NCBI RefSeq assembly: GCF_009914755.1
Contig: NC_060926.1
DNA length: 64,000 bases
From: the human T2T-CHM13v2.0 reference genome, Homo sapiens
Reading direction: 5' to 3' (one strand)
Each line of letters begins with the position of its first letter. Within the stretch, counting starts at the first letter, position 1. Position numbers and translations under genes: made by a program. A model generated the notes under the pieces. The model did not search any database and was not told the DNA's origin. It was given only the letters and a program-made list of their open reading frames with translations. Below are positions 1 through 14,751 of the stretch, in pieces.

Positions 1-96
1 GTTGCCCAGGCTTGTCTAGAACTCCTGGGCTTAAACAATTCTCTGGCTTTGACCTGCCAATGTGCTGGTATTACAGGTGTGAGCACTGTACTTGGC
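1..96 (-). mobile_element. AluJ/FLAM left-monomer fragment, cut by window edge
   Basis: gttgcccaggcttgtctagaactcctgggct...gtgctggtattacaggtgtgagcactg is the reverse complement of the Alu 5' end, with J-type ctcctgggct. Confidence 0.9.
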
Positions 97-324
97 TCCA
101 AGTTCCCTTTTAATGACAATGACATTGGGTTAAACCAGGTGTGATTTTGTACCTGAAGTTAACTCTTCTTTCCGTTTCTTGCATTTCCATTTGTAAGAAG
201 CATGTTTTCACTTTTGAGAGCTATATCACCTTCCTTGTACTGTGGCATAAATTATTGATAGTCCACTAAAATCTATTCCTTATTCTTCTTTTCCCTGGTA
301 TTATTCAAATGTCCACTCTTTCCC

Positions 325-812
325 ACATAACTCAGGGGAAGTCAATCCTACTCCTAATTCAAGGGAATTTTAGATTAGGTTCAGCTAAAAATCTTGGTGT
401 TTCTATGCCCCTTGGCAGTGATTGTTCCTTGTCCCAGTTTTAGTCATATGTCACATGTCAGGTGAAATGAGAGGACTAAGGGGAATGGGTAGAAAAGATT
501 TAGTTCCACTTAGCAAAGGAACATTGGATGAGAAAGCACATGTTGGCTTTTGATATTTGTCCTATCTGGAATACATGCTTCTTCAAATTGCTACAGGGAT
601 CATCTTTTGTCACGAGGAGATTCAGCTTGAGGGCAAAACAAATGCCTTAAAATGGCAGAAAAAATATAAAACCTTGGGTACTTGATGGAATCATTGGGTT
701 CTTGACTCCCTACTATATTTCTGGATTTACTGCTGTGTGAGATAATGAATTTCTTTCTTTTTCAAACCAACTTGAATAAAATATTTGGCTACTTAAAATA
801 GTATCCTAATTA
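325..812 (+). mobile_element. Old MaLR/ERVL LTR (MLT1J/K- or LTR16-like)
   Basis: aaccttgggtacttgatggaatcattg...ctggatttactgctgtgtgagataatgaatttc...atcctaat resembles the MLT1/LTR16 3' end; highly diverged. Confidence 0.55.
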
Positions 813-1411
813 TAGCCATTATTAAATGATATCTTAATTTTGTAAATAAAAGTTTTAGAAGTAGTAATTTAGATTATTGAAGAAACTTTACAGACTACTT
901 GGGTTTTGTAAATTTTAGATATGGTTAGTGCTATTAGTCTATAAAAACTTATTATTCAAATCACCATGCATTAAGTTTTTAATACAGTAGATAAGTCAAT
1001 CATCTTATTAACTAAATTTATTTTAAAATGAATAAATTATGCAGGAGGTAGAGGCTAGCAAAACTAGGAATAATCTAACAAGCTCAGACAATAGAGAACT
1101 AAATTTAAAATTTTTTGAAATATAAATTCATAATCTAATCAGTTCACAAAATTATACCACTATTTATTGGCTGTGTGGTATCTTTAGTGTATTGAAAACA
1201 TTAAATATACATAAAGAAATATTGAAGCAATTTCAGTGCCTGGTCTGAGTAATTTAAAACTTACAGTGTGATGTTAAGACTAATTAGTAACTATTTAAAT
1301 ATAGAAGATAAAGCTGATAAGAGTAAAATTTTAAAAAATGGTAAACTATAGTTCCACTCACAGAGGTATAAAAAAATACAGACATACAGTAAACTTTTAA
1401 GTAAGAGCTAG

Positions 1412-1854
1412 TGACAAAGATTTTCTCCTTGACCAAATCCTGGTCAGGCTCTTGTGCGTCCTCTTCTCAACCAGGCCTTGACTTTTGGGCTTCTGTGTTC
1501 TGATCTGCATTGCCAAATTTAGCAAGAATCCTGCTAAGTGTCTTTGGCCATCCTCAATATTTGACCACTCTATATCTAATGAGGGTCCTCACCTTCCACC
1601 ATTTCCCAGATGATATCTCATCACCCTAACCTTCATTCAGCAAGAATCCTGACTAGTAATTTTTCTTCCACTGTCTTACATCCTGCTATTTGGCTACAAA
1701 TTCCTACTTTTTCTTGTAGTATTTGAAGTTGAGCCTAATTTTTCTTACTCACTGCAAAAACCCCATTGCAATGGTCCCAACGCCTGTTATGATGGTCCTG
1801 AATAAAGTTTGCCTTCCTGTTCTTTAATAATGTCATGAATCATTTTTTTCAACA
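1412..1854 (+). mobile_element. ERV1 solo LTR, MER31-like
   Basis: Starts TGACAAAGATTTTCTCCTTGACCAAA..GTCAGGCTC, has agcaagaatcct twice and AATAAA at 1801, ends ...ttcaACA. Confidence 0.8.
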
Positions 1855-3589
1855 ATAATTTTATAAAACTCTAGTTCACTGGAACCATTAGCAATTTAAT
1901 CTTTTTCTGCCACCAAGTTCTTGACCTGACCCAGCCTTTACAATGACTTAGCAGTATGCATATTGGTTTTTGTAATGTGCTCTAATCAAAGTAGGGAGAT
2001 ATATATCTCTTTGTCTTTTTGCCCTGAAGGTGGTAGGAATAACCCAAATCTGAGAATTGACAAGAGCAGGGATGAAATATATTTTGGAGTATTATTGCTC
2101 GCTTTAGCTGAAATAGTTAACCAAGTAGTTTAAGCAGGAGGTGGAGGCAAGCAGAACTAGGACTAACCTAACCTGCTGAAAGAATAGGCAAAGTGTCATA
2201 ATGGGCAGGTTTGCTGGGAATGAGGGATGTGAGAAATAAAAAGCCAGAGGTTGTGTGGGCAGTGCACTTGAAGAGAGTTGGTGAAACTGTAGGTAGGAAT
2301 GTTACAGATGCTGAAAGTCTGCAGTAAAGCTGTGTGGCAACCAGGTCATTGGTCAAGACTGAGAAAGGCTAATGTATTAGAACTGGTATCAGTATGGGTG
2401 TTAAAAGCATGGAGATTGGGTTGGAGGGAAACATAGCCAATAACTGGAATACCTAAGGAAAGTGAAAGAGACATTAGAGAAGCAGTTATTGATGGCGACA
2501 TTTGAAGTAACAAGACCTCCTACATTACTGTGATTGACTTGTGCATATTAGTTTTTTTGCATAAGAATGCAATAAACATGCTTGAGATGCTTGCTTTATG
2601 AGTTCATGACCTTCATTCATGGCAACTAAGGAAGTCACCACACTGGGGAAGCTAGGCAAGGGAGACCAGAGAATACAAAGTGCTGCAATTCTCAGAGGAT
2701 TACTGTTCTTTTGGAAATGATTGTTTAGAGATTGTCCTGGGGCCCCCCTCTGCCCTTACAGAATAGGAGTACCCTCTGGCGACCTTTGCTTGTTTTAAAA
2801 GGGAGCCACATTCTTGTGGGTTTTTGAATGAGAATAAATGCTGCTTGGTATGGAAATTACCATAAAGGAACTCTGCTTATGGAAGAGTTTGGAAATTATA
2901 GTAGAAAATATAACTTGGCTCACAGCAGATATAAAATGAGGGAAAGGATGTATATCTAGATAATTCAATTTCCAACTCCCACTTGTGCTGAAATAATCAG
3001 ATAAAGTAAAAATAGCACCCTTCCTTAATTTGTCTCTTTCTGTCTATTAAGATCTTCATAAGATTCATAAGATTCATATTAACATCTTCATAAGATTTCT
3101 CTAATCTATTTTCTTATACCTATGAGTTGACACCAAAATGGATTTTTCGAACCAGAGAGTAAAGATACAAAGAATAGTATTTAGAGTGCTATGTCCTAAG
3201 CATCATGTTAAATGTTTTTTACAATTTACAAATGGTAAAGAAACTTGTCTAAGTATCCACAGCCAGCAAACAGTGGAACCAGAGCAATTGGTAGGATGGG
3301 AAGTAATGCGTCTCAACCACCATACTAGCTGAAAAAGTGTGCTGTTGAATGCCAACTGGACAGTTAGGCCACCTTTGTAGCTGTCTTTACAAGTGAGAAT
3401 GTAACACCTTTGAATTACCTGACTTCCTAGATTCCTGGCAGATGCTCGATTCCTTCTTTTTTGTCCCTCTGATGGCACAATGAGCTACTTATTTCCTGCT
3501 CTTAGGCATAGCTACTTGTACCTCCTGTGTGATAAGACATTTGTTCATTTTATCCTCTTCAGTCAGATAAAGCATAAAAATTAATGCAT

Positions 3590-4445
3590 TGTTTAAGGAA
3601 AAACTCTCAAACTATGTTTTTCCTCTGCTCTCATACAACAACAACCAGCACAGATGACTTCTGTGACCAAATATATGGGTTTTTTTCCCCATCAATAAGC
3701 AGTGGACAGCAAATGAGTGTCTTCTAATTCAATTCTGACATTATCTCTCTGGAGATAATGTCAGATCTCACAGGTTGAGGGCTCATTCCCCAAGACTGCC
3801 CCTCATGCCCCTCCAACACTTGTTGGAAGTCCGGGCCTCTGTAACTTCTGACCCACTGACTTCAAGCTGGAGTTCCCACGATCCCCTCTTTGGATGTGAT
3901 TAATTCGCTGAAGCAGCTTACAGAACTCAAGGAAACACTTACTTATGTTTACCAGTTTATTATAAAGGATAATAGAAAGGATGCAGATGAAGAGATGCAT
4001 AGGGCGACGTATAGGGACTTACATGCCTTCCCTGGGTGGGCCACCCTCCAAGAACCTCTACATGTTCAGCTATCCAGAAGGATGCTCTCTGAACCCTTTT
4101 TGGGTTTTGAGGAAGGCTTCATTATATAGGCATGATTGACAACCAACAGTGTAGAAATGTGATTGGACAAAGCACATGATCTAAACCCAGAAAGGCCTGT
4201 CTGTTCAGACTTTTCTTGGCCCCTCTGTGTAGCATTCCTTCCTTTAGGGTATGGGGGAGGACTCTCTGTAATGAGTGTTTTGATTCACAATCAGATTAGA
4301 GTCCTGCTTGGGCAGGTAAAGGAAGGACAGGAGGTCAGAGAGGTTTCCTGAGGCCTAAAGTGCTCCAGCATTATAACAAGGACTATGAAAGTTGGGAGCC
4401 AGGAAATGTGGATGAAAAACAATATATAATTATCGTGATACCACA
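3590..4445 (-). mobile_element. Solo LTR, MER21-like
   Basis: cagatctcacaggttgagggctcattccccaagactgcccc and ctcaaggaaacacttacttatgtttaccagtttatt motifs; TG...CA ends; near-TSD tgcat/tccat. Confidence 0.85.
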
Positions 4446-4544
4446 TCCATTGACAATGTTTTGTCTGCATATTCCTTTGACTTTTGCCTGATTTGATTTG
4501 TCAGGATAGTTAAAATGTTAGGTGAGATAGTCTAATTTCTTCTT

Positions 4545-4895
<351 letters not shown>

Positions 4896-5289
4896 TGATA
4901 AGATTTGGGTAAATATAACCTAAGATATAAAATTACTAATATCAATAGTTTCTAATTGTTCAACATGTACTTTTCACTTAAGTATTTGATAACATTTTTC
5001 TTCACTGAGAAGATGGACTAGATAACCTCAGAGAACATTTCAGCCCTTAGGGTAGTCTAAAATTTAACTTTAAATAGTTTATTTTCCTTTTTTTAAAAAC
5101 AAACCTAAAACCAATTTCTTAATCAAAATACCATATTCAAAGTTGTCCTAATTTTGGCAGTTAATTTCATCATTTTGTCTTTCTTTGGTAAGTTAAACTG
5201 TTAGACATTTGATCTCTGTGGTATTTGTTGCTGGGGTATTATAAAAACGTTCTCTTGGCAGGGGATTTGACATTCTAGTTGTGAGGGAA

Positions 5290-5880
5290 GATTTCTTGGT
5301 AGAAAGCAATGAGAGTGTGCAGAGAGTGGTTCAAATGTGTAAGCAGGAGGAGAGAATGTATGGTTTAGCTACAGAATAGGAGACTGAAAATAGAGCTAGA
5401 GAATAGGGTAGAAAGAGAAGAGGGACTAAAATTGCTGGAGATGAAGCCAGTGAGGCAGGGAGTCATCTGGTCAGACTTTACAATCCAAAGTTTGTACTTC
5501 ATTCTAAGAGCAATTCAAAACCATTTAACAAAGGTTATAATGGAGTTGGTGACAAAATGTCATCATCTACGTTTTAGAAAGAGCTGAGTTGATGTCTGCC
5601 AATATGTCTAGGCAAGAGGGAGTGGAAGCCTAGTTTAGAGGGATGACCATGGGAAATGACTTCATTCCAAGATATTAAAGAAGAAATAATGTTTTGTACT
5701 TTTTGTGTATTTGATGACTATCAATAATTGTGGGAGGTAAACAGTAGGATGTAGGCAGGAGAATGGCGTAAATCTGGATTCTAAGTTTTCTGGTTTTGGT
5801 AACTTGGGTGTTTGTACCATTTATCAACAGAATAAATACAATAGAAGCAGAATTATTAAAGGAAAATAATGATTTTGTAG
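5290..5880 (-). mobile_element. L2 LINE relic
   Basis: Purine-rich; gagatgaagccagtgaggcaggg...tttgtacttcattctaagagcaat and gattctaagttttctggttttggtaacttgggtg are typical antisense L2 motifs. Confidence 0.6.
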
Positions 5881-7992
5881 GTGGTCAATAAATGATAGCT
5901 AGTATTATTATGTCATGAAACTATGATTCTTGGATTTTTATGTTTAAATTTTACAGTATAATTATATGCTGTTTTCATTTTGATTAACAAATATGATATT
6001 TTATGAAAATAAATTTATACACAATGATAAATACAGGTAGAACAACTTCAACGTATCATGTAATTTGTGACTTACAAAAGATAAAAATTAGGATACAAAA
6101 TTAATTTCTGTTTTGACATATCTGCATTAAAAAGTTATATGTTTTCAGAAGAAAATACATACCAGTTTAAAAATATTGTGTAATTTGAAGTGAGATACAT
6201 CTCCTTTTTCAAGATTTTTTTTTTTACAAATAAAATATGGTAGTAGGAAGTTTACAATGTAAAATATTCATATGAAACAAAATAAGAAAGCCTCAATCCT
6301 AAAATTATGTATGAGAAAGCTACTAAGTTTTTTAGTTCACATGGGTCAATAGTTTTCAATTATATAATTAATTTATGCTGTTGAAACACATTTAAGAATA
6401 CTGGAGTTTAGTATAAAGGAAAAAAGGCTAGTTTCCCTGGCTGTTTTGATTTGCATTCTTCTTTATTGTTTAATTATAATTGAGATCATGTGCCACACAC
6501 TGGTTTGTAGACTGAGTTCTTTTCACATAATATGCTGTGGTGTATAGCCATTGATTTAGGTGTATTTACTGATATGGGAGCAGGAAGAACTTCAGAAGGA
6601 GAATCCTGTGGATCTAATTTCATGATTTCATATTTGTAGTACTATTAAAGATAAATAGGAAATGGTGTGGATTGATAACATCTAAACAGAAAATTAGTAA
6701 TAAGAGAAACATTAATCATTTGGCAGTGGTTTTTGTTGGAATCACTACGCCAGCAATTTTTCACCAGTAGACAAGGATGAGTACATTATAAACTGGGTGT
6801 CATTGTGCCAGTCCTGCCCCTGGGCTTTATCTCTCACTCAGCACTCTCAAGAGTTATTTCATTTTTCAATCCAATAACTATGTTCATGATTACTAAGGCC
6901 TACAGTCTGAATCTTTTAGGTCATTTTTTTTTTTCCCCGGTGGCCTGCATTAGCATCCACATGTGTTCAGACTCAACTAATTTGATTATGAGGAGAGACT
7001 GTCTGTGACTGTCTTCCTGACATCAGCACAGTCATTAAAGTAACTTAACATCATGGACAGAATCTGTTTTTTAGGTTTGGTATTTTAAATGCATCATTTC
7101 CATCAAGGGCTAATGGCAAGCTGCATTCTGTTTTGTAAATGTACATGGGAAAGTAATTATCACAGAAAAATGTTTTAGAAAATAATTTTCCTCAGTATTA
7201 AAATGAAAACATTACAAAAAAAGCTTTTGACCATCTTTTCCCCAACATTTAAAAAAGGTTAAAATTTGAAAAACAAATATATGAGTGTGTGTTTGTGTGA
7301 GAGAACAAACCCACAGAACATAAATGCACTAGAGCTTTGTTTTATGTCCCCCATTTACATCTTATGTACTGAACTTCTGCAAGTTCTGAACTTCTGCAAG
7401 TTCAGTAAAAAAGATGAAGTGTATAGTCTGTAAGATGTTATAGAATGCCAAGATGAGTTATTAAAGACTTACTGAGGTGCAGATAGACCTGGCTCCTTAC
7501 CAGACATTCCCATGGTGTGTAGTCTTGCTCCTGGCTCCATCACTTGCTAGTAAAGGGTCTTGAGAACTCTTATTTAGCTCTGAGATTATTCAGAGATTAT
7601 TTGGCTTTTCTAGAAGTTTTTCTTGAATGTAAAATGAAGATAATGGCCCGAACCTTGTATGCATCACTGAGAGGTATAAAAGAGAGTATCTGCCATGGTA
7701 CTTGTACATTTTCATGGAGCTTTTTCTTGTGTGTTCCCTCCCTTAGCCCCCAGATTATTAGAGTTCGTGTGTCTCTGTTTAGCTTGGGGAGCAGGCAGCA
7801 TCAGATTTTCTTGTTCTTCATCTGTCAGATCACCATGAAGCTCCTAAACATCCATAGTTAACATTTATATTGTTACTTTGTTGTTTTTGAAATTGTTCCT
7901 TTTCACAGTTTGAATCCAATGGCATTTTTCTTTTCGATCCTGTCTTTTGGGAGATGTAACATCACGAATGATCTCTGTCTTAAGAAGGAATT

Positions 7993-8310
<318 letters not shown>

Positions 8311-9049
8311 TTATCTTGAGATTCCAACTCAATATAAGAAAGAAGCTTCTGATAATGGATCAAGATTGATTATGCAATAGTGATGCTCTGTTACTGAACC
8401 TTTTTGGAGAAAGGCTGAGTAACTACGGATCAGGGCTATTGTTGAAGAGTATCCCATAGCTTGTCTGTAGCTTAAGACATTGAGAGAAAAAAAATTTTAA
8501 GTCCAACTGTGATAATTGAAATTTAAATTGAGTGATCAATCTTGTGGAATAATATTTGTAAATACGGGAGAGCCAATAATTGTGTGCTAAGTGGATGAAG
8601 GCTGCTGGGGTTCCTGCTTTTACTATGCAGACTTTCATTCATTCAACATACTTTTTAAAGCTTATTTTTTGCTATGTGCCAACTACTGTGCTAGATTCCT
8701 CCAAGGTATTCTTAATGTCAGAGAAGAGTGGACTTATAAGCTTAATCTGCCTTCTGCAAGTGTACTTCCTTTGAAGTCTTAAATTCATTAGAATCTGGCC
8801 TTCTGCTTCATAAAGTTTGTTTTAAAGTAAACCTTCTATATTTCAGTTACAATGAGGCAATTTCAATCCTCTAGGAATATGGGTTATTAATTTCTGTGAC
8901 TTCATTTACTCCCCAACTCTGCTACATTTCCTAAGTGTTTATGTGCCTCTGTTAGAGTTCTGTAGCTGTGGACTCTGAGGAACCATTCAAGTTTTTTAAA
9001 CAAAATAAAAGGAAGGGAAAAAGAGGAAAGGAACATGATACACTTTGCA

Positions 9050-9640
9050 CTTATAAAACCTCACAGCTTTGAGCAAGACAGAATGAAGAGGTATGAGAAT
9101 AAAGTAATATAAGTAAATTGGAAAATGTTAAAATAGTCTCGATTAGAGAAGATGAAGGCCTGAATTTAAGAAATATCAAGGAGATTGAAGAAGAATGAAT
9201 CAGGGTGATGTTTAATTTATAGAAATTGTTGGTTGATTGGATGTGAGCATATCAAGAAAAAGAAATAGAATCATGTGTAAATTGCAAGCTTGCTTGGTTG
9301 ACTGGATTGCAGTAAAATTCACCAAGACAAGGAAATATGAGACAAAGAATGTGATTGGAAGAAAAAAGTAAGAATTCTTCTTTGTATTTTTGAGTTTGAG
9401 GTGTTTTGGGGACATTCAGGGAGAGGTGCTCTATAGTGAGTTGGATATACCATTTGGAAGTAGGGGGAAATCCTGAGATGGAGATGGATTTGAGAGTCCT
9501 CAGCCTGGAGATGACTGTCAATGGCATGAAGTCATACCCCTGAGAGCACTGATATTTGAGGAGAATCAGAAAATGAGAAGCCAGTAACAGACACAGAGAA
9601 GAAAATCTGAACCCATAATTTCAATACCAGAGGGACTTCT
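9050..9640 (-). mobile_element. L2 LINE relic
   Basis: gagtttgaggtgttttggggacattcag...ttggatata...gatttgagagtcctcagcctggagatg matches antisense L2. Confidence 0.7.
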
Positions 9641-9976
9641 TAAACCTCATAGGAGGAAGCTAATAGAGATCTAAACTAGATCATTTTAGAAGAGATAGAA
9701 AAGAAAGGACTAACTTGAAAAATATTTTAATAGGACTTAACTGTGTTAAAGATGAAATTGTATCTAATATTTGTCAGATATTTCTAGAAATGGTCAGCTT
9801 AGCTGGCCAGGGCTTTGTGTTCATTTTTGGGTTGCAGCTTTCCGTGTCCACACAGTTCCTTACCTGAAATTGAATAGAGATTTCAGAAGCCTGGCAAAAT
9901 GAGTTTCAATCCTTGGTCAAAGGATAAAGAATTATGGGCCTCCAACTCAAGGAATTATGCCCAATTCCCCAAATAA

Positions 9977-10298
<322 letters not shown>

Positions 10299-10504
10299 AT
10301 TGTGGAGTTAACTTTTCCTTTTTGTGACTTCATCTTGAGCTTTGCTGATTCTGACACCATTTTGAATTTGACCAGTCATTTAAAAGAAGTAGAGATACCT
10401 AGAAATAAATATGAGTAGATGTATCCAATTTTAACAAAATTGATTTTCTCAGTTACTGAAATTTACTATGAAGTTATATTAATATTTAGAAAGCATTTTA
10501 TGAT

Positions 10505-10720
10505 AAGCATTATAAAAATGTTTATATTTATATATTTATAAATCTAATATTTATATGTATATAATAAAATATAAATATTTAAATACAATAAATTTAATAT
10601 TTATATGCATATACTTATACATATAAGTATATACATATGTACTATAATACTTAGAAGCATTATATATTATAAATATATACACATTACATATTTATTATAT
10701 ATTATATTAATACACATATA
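10505..10720. repeat. AT-rich low-complexity (TA-rich) tract
   Basis: Almost purely A/T, with tatattt/atatat units. Confidence 0.8.
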
Positions 10721-11348
10721 CCTTGAATACAATTACTACTAAACATTTCTTAACTCAAACTGGCTTTTTAACAAAATAATTCTGATGGAAAAATAAAGAA
10801 TTTAGAGAAATACAGCATTAATATAGACTTCTAACTACACTTGTAGTGAGGTCTTTATAGACAGCTCCTTCAATATAATTCAAAAACACCATACCTAGAT
10901 TTGCTATTGTCTTTCTGTTATGTCATATCTCCTTATGTTTTTTTCTTTAAAATACCTAAGTACTTTAGAAAATATCTAAGACTATTTTTTTTAATTTCTC
11001 CTAAAAAAAAACCCAGATATATGTTCAGAATGTGCAGGTTTGTTACACAGATATATGTTTTCCATGGTGGTTTGCTGCACCTATTGACCTATCCTCTAAG
11101 TTCCCTCCCCTCATCCCCCATCCACCAACAGAACCTGGTGTGTGTTGTTCCCTTCTCTGTGTCCATTGTTCAACTCCCACTTATAAATGAGAACATGTGG
11201 TATTTAGTTTTCTGTTTCTGTGTTAGTTTGCTGAGGATGATGGCTTCCAGCTTCATCCATGTCCCTGCAAAGGACATGATCTCATTCATTTTTATGGCAG
11301 CATAGTATTCCATGGTGTATATGTACCACGTTTTCTTTATCCAGTCTA

Positions 11349-12131
11349 TCATTGATGGGCATTTGGTTGGTTCCATGTCTTTGCTGTTGTAAATAGTGCT
11401 GCAATAAACATATGTGTGCATGTGTCTTTATAATAGAATGATTTATAATCCTTTGAGTAAATACCCGGTAATGGGATTGCTGGGTCAAATGCTATTTCTA
11501 GTTCTAGATCCTCGAGGAATCGCCATACTGTCTTCCACAATGGTTGAACTAATTTACATTCCCCCCAACACTGTAAAAGCGTTCCTAATTCTCCACAGCC
11601 TTGCCAGCATCTATTGTTTCCTGACTTTTTAATAATCGCCATTTTATTGGCATGTGCATTTCTCTGATGGTCGGTGATGTTGAGCTTTTTTTCACATGCT
11701 TGTTGGCCACATGAATGTCTTCTTTTGAGAAGTGTCTGTTCATATCCTTTGCCCACTTTTTGATGGGGTTGTTTGTTTTTTTTCCTGTAAATTTGTTTAA
11801 GTTCCTTGTAAACTCTGGATATTAGACCTTTGTCAGATAGGTGGATGGCAAAAATTTTCTCCCATTCTGTAGGTTGCCTGTTCACGCTGATGATAGTTTC
11901 TTTTGCTGTGCAGAAGCTCTTTAGTTTAATTAGATCCCATTTGTCAATTTTGGCTTTTGTTGCAATTGCTTTTGACGTTTTTGTTATGAAGTCTTTGTCC
12001 ATGCCTGCGTCCTGAATGGTATTTCCCAGGTTTTCTCCTAGGGTTTTTATGGTTTTGGGTTTTACATTTAAGTCTTGAATCCATCTTGAGTTAATTTTTG
12101 CATCAGGTGTAAGGAAGGGGTCCAGTTTCAA
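11349..12131 (-). pseudogene. Residual L1 ORF2 C-terminal reading frame (260 aa, non-functional)
   Basis: [41 protein letters not shown] and [19 protein letters not shown] are L1 ORF2p motifs; RT and EN domains absent. Confidence 0.9.
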
Positions 12132-12595
12132 TTTTCTGCATATGGCTAGCCAGTTGCACCATTTACTGAATAGGAGATCCCTTACCCATTGGTTGTTTTT
12201 GTCAGGTTTGTTGAAGATCAGATGGTTGTAGATTTGTGGGGTTATTTCTGAAGTCTCTGTTCTGCTCCATTGGTCTATATGTCTGTTTTGATACTAGTAC
12301 CATGCTGTTTTGGTTACTGTAGCCTTGTAGGATAGTTTGAAGTCAGGTAGCATGATGCCTTCAGCTGTGCTCCTTTTGCTTAGGATTGTCTTGGCTATAT
12401 GGGGTGTTCTTTGATTGACCATGAAATTTAAAGTAGTTTTTTCTAATTCTGTGAAGAATGTCAATGGTAGTTTGATGGGAATGTCATTGAGTCTATGAAT
12501 TACTTTGGGCAGTATGGCCATTTTCACAATATTGATTTTTCCTATCCATGAGGATGGAATGTTTTGCCTTTTGTTTGCATCCTCTTTTATTTCTC

Positions 12596-12691
12596 TTTTA
12601 TTTATTTTATTGAGAATTGGTATTTTATTTTATTGAGAATTGGTATTTTATTGAGAATTGAGTATTTTATTTATTTTATTGAGAATTGGTA
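12596..12691. repeat. Tandem repeat, 4 x (t)attttattgagaattg(g), within the L1
   Basis: attgagaattg occurs at 12609, 12632, 12650 and 12678. Confidence 0.9.
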
Positions 12692-13493
12692 TATAGTTCT
12701 CCTTGAAGAGGTCCTTCACATACCTTGTTAGATGTATTCCTAGGGAAAATGCCTAACTAAGGCTTTTAAATTTTTTTCTTCTTTTAAAGTTTCATAAAAA
12801 GGAAAATTAAAAAAAAAACAAAATACATATAAAATAAAGTAACATAATAAGACTCCATTCTTGGATCTAGTGCTGGCATGAAGTCTTAACACTGTCTGTA
12901 GAGTCGTTTTTAGTCATTTTTAGTTGTGGATTCTTTTGAATTTTCTATATTTTCTATATAGTTCTTGGTACCAACTGGATAGCCTTCAAGTTACTTAATC
13001 TGTCTATATAAAATGGAGGTCACTTTGGTGAGAAAAATCTCTTCACAAAAGTTTCCTAACAAAATACTAGTAGTACAGTAGGGGAATTGTCTCTGTCCTT
13101 AAGAATCATTTTTTATTACTTGAAATGTCAAAGTCAAACTTTCTCCTGTGCAAATTTTTTCTTTTAATTGTTATCCTGTAAAGTGAAAAATAGAACCCAT
13201 GTCCTAGTGTCCTAGATCTTTATCCTCCCCCTCTCCATTTTTCATGATTTAGTTTCTTGCATACTCAACAACCTCTCTCCTCCCACTTGCCCAAGGTCAC
13301 ACAGCTAGGATGTAGGCCTCAGCCAAATTTGTAGTCAGCCAGTATGTCTCCATAACTTGTGCTTTTACCGACTACAATTTTTTAATAAAACTAACTTTGT
13401 AAAACCTCCTTTGGCTCCACAGGCTAAGTAGATTATACTGTGCTCTGTTGCCAGCCCCACTACACTTTCTTTATGTACCTTTTAAATACATTA

Positions 13494-14252
13494 CAGTAGT
13501 CTCCCCTTAACAATGGTTTTGTTTTCTGCAGTTCCAGTTACCTCCGGTCAATTGTGGTTGGAAAATATTAAATGGAAAATTCCAGAAATAAACGATTCTT
13601 GTTTTAAATTGCACACTGTTCTGAGTAGCGTGATAAAACCCCACACTATCCCCTACTTTTGAATCATCCCTTTGTCTAGCCATCCGTGCTGTCTGTGCTC
13701 CCCACCCATTAGTCACTTAGTAGCCATCCCGTTATCAGATCTGCTGTCTTGGTATAGCAGTGCTTGTGATCAGGTAACCCTTATTTTACTTAATAATGGC
13801 ACCAAAGCACAGAGTAGTGATGCTGAGAATTTTAATATGCCAAGAATAAGCCTTGAAATGCTTACTTTAAGTGAAAAGCTGAATGTTTTCAACTTAATAA
13901 GGAAAGAAAAAAAATCATATGCTGAGATTGCTGAGATCCATGGTGAAAACTAATCTTCAATCCATGAAATTGTAACGAAGGAAAAGAAACTCAGGCTAGT
14001 TTTGCCATCTCACTTCAAACTGTAAAAGTTATGGCTGCAGTGCATGATAACTTTTATTACAGTATGTTGTTGTAATTGTTCTTTTATATTAGTTATTGTT
14101 AATCTCTTACTGTGCCTAATTTATAAATTAAGCTTTATCATATGTATCTATAGGAGAAAACATAGTAAATATAAGATTTGGTGTTATCCTTGGTTTCAGG
14201 CATCCACTGGGGGTCTTCAGATGTATCCCCTGCAGATGAGGGAGGACTGCTG
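13494..14252 (+). mobile_element. MER44C/D (Tigger7-family DNA transposon)
   Basis: TIRs cagtagtctcccctta / tgagggaggactgctg, TA on both sides, about 760 bp. Confidence 0.9.
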
Positions 14253-14418
14253 TATAGTGATATTTTTCTGTCTGTATTGTGGCCTATCAGAGTCTGTTTC
14301 CCAATGTCTTTGTTTCAGACCTTTGAATTTTTTGTATTTAATCATTGTCTTTATAGCACTTAGCATACTACTTGATGTTAAGAAAGTACAAAATAAAGGT
14401 TTCTTGGATTAATGAATA

Positions 14419-14751
14419 CAGTAGGCCCCCTTCATCCTCAGGAGACACGTTCCAAGATCCTCAGTGGATGCCTGAAACCACAGATAGTATGTAACCCTGT
14501 ATATACCTGTACTATGTTTTTTCCTGTACATACCAATCTATGATAAGGTTTAATTTATAAATTAGGCACAGTAAAGGATTAACAATAATAACTAAAAGTA
14601 AAATAGAACAATTATGGTAATGTACGGTAATAAAAGTTATATGAATGCTCCCTCTCTCGGTCTCTCAAAATATCTTAATATTTTCAGACTGTGACTGATT
14701 GAGGGTAATTGAGCCACAGAAAGCAAAACTGCAGATTAAGGGAGGCTATTG
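14419..14751 (-). mobile_element. MER44A (Tigger7-family), opposite orientation, inserted in an L2 tail
   Basis: cagtaggcccccttcatcc...ttccaagatcctcagtggatgcctgaaacc...aagggaggctattg, about 333 bp. Confidence 0.88.

Larger units (their letters stand above)
10985..12744 (-). mobile_element. 5'-truncated L1PA (L1PA10-like), 3' UTR plus end of ORF2
   Basis: ttctcctaaaaaaaaacccagatatatgttcagaatgtgcagg 3' end; translated segments match L1 ORF2 ([27 protein letters not shown]). Confidence 0.93.
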
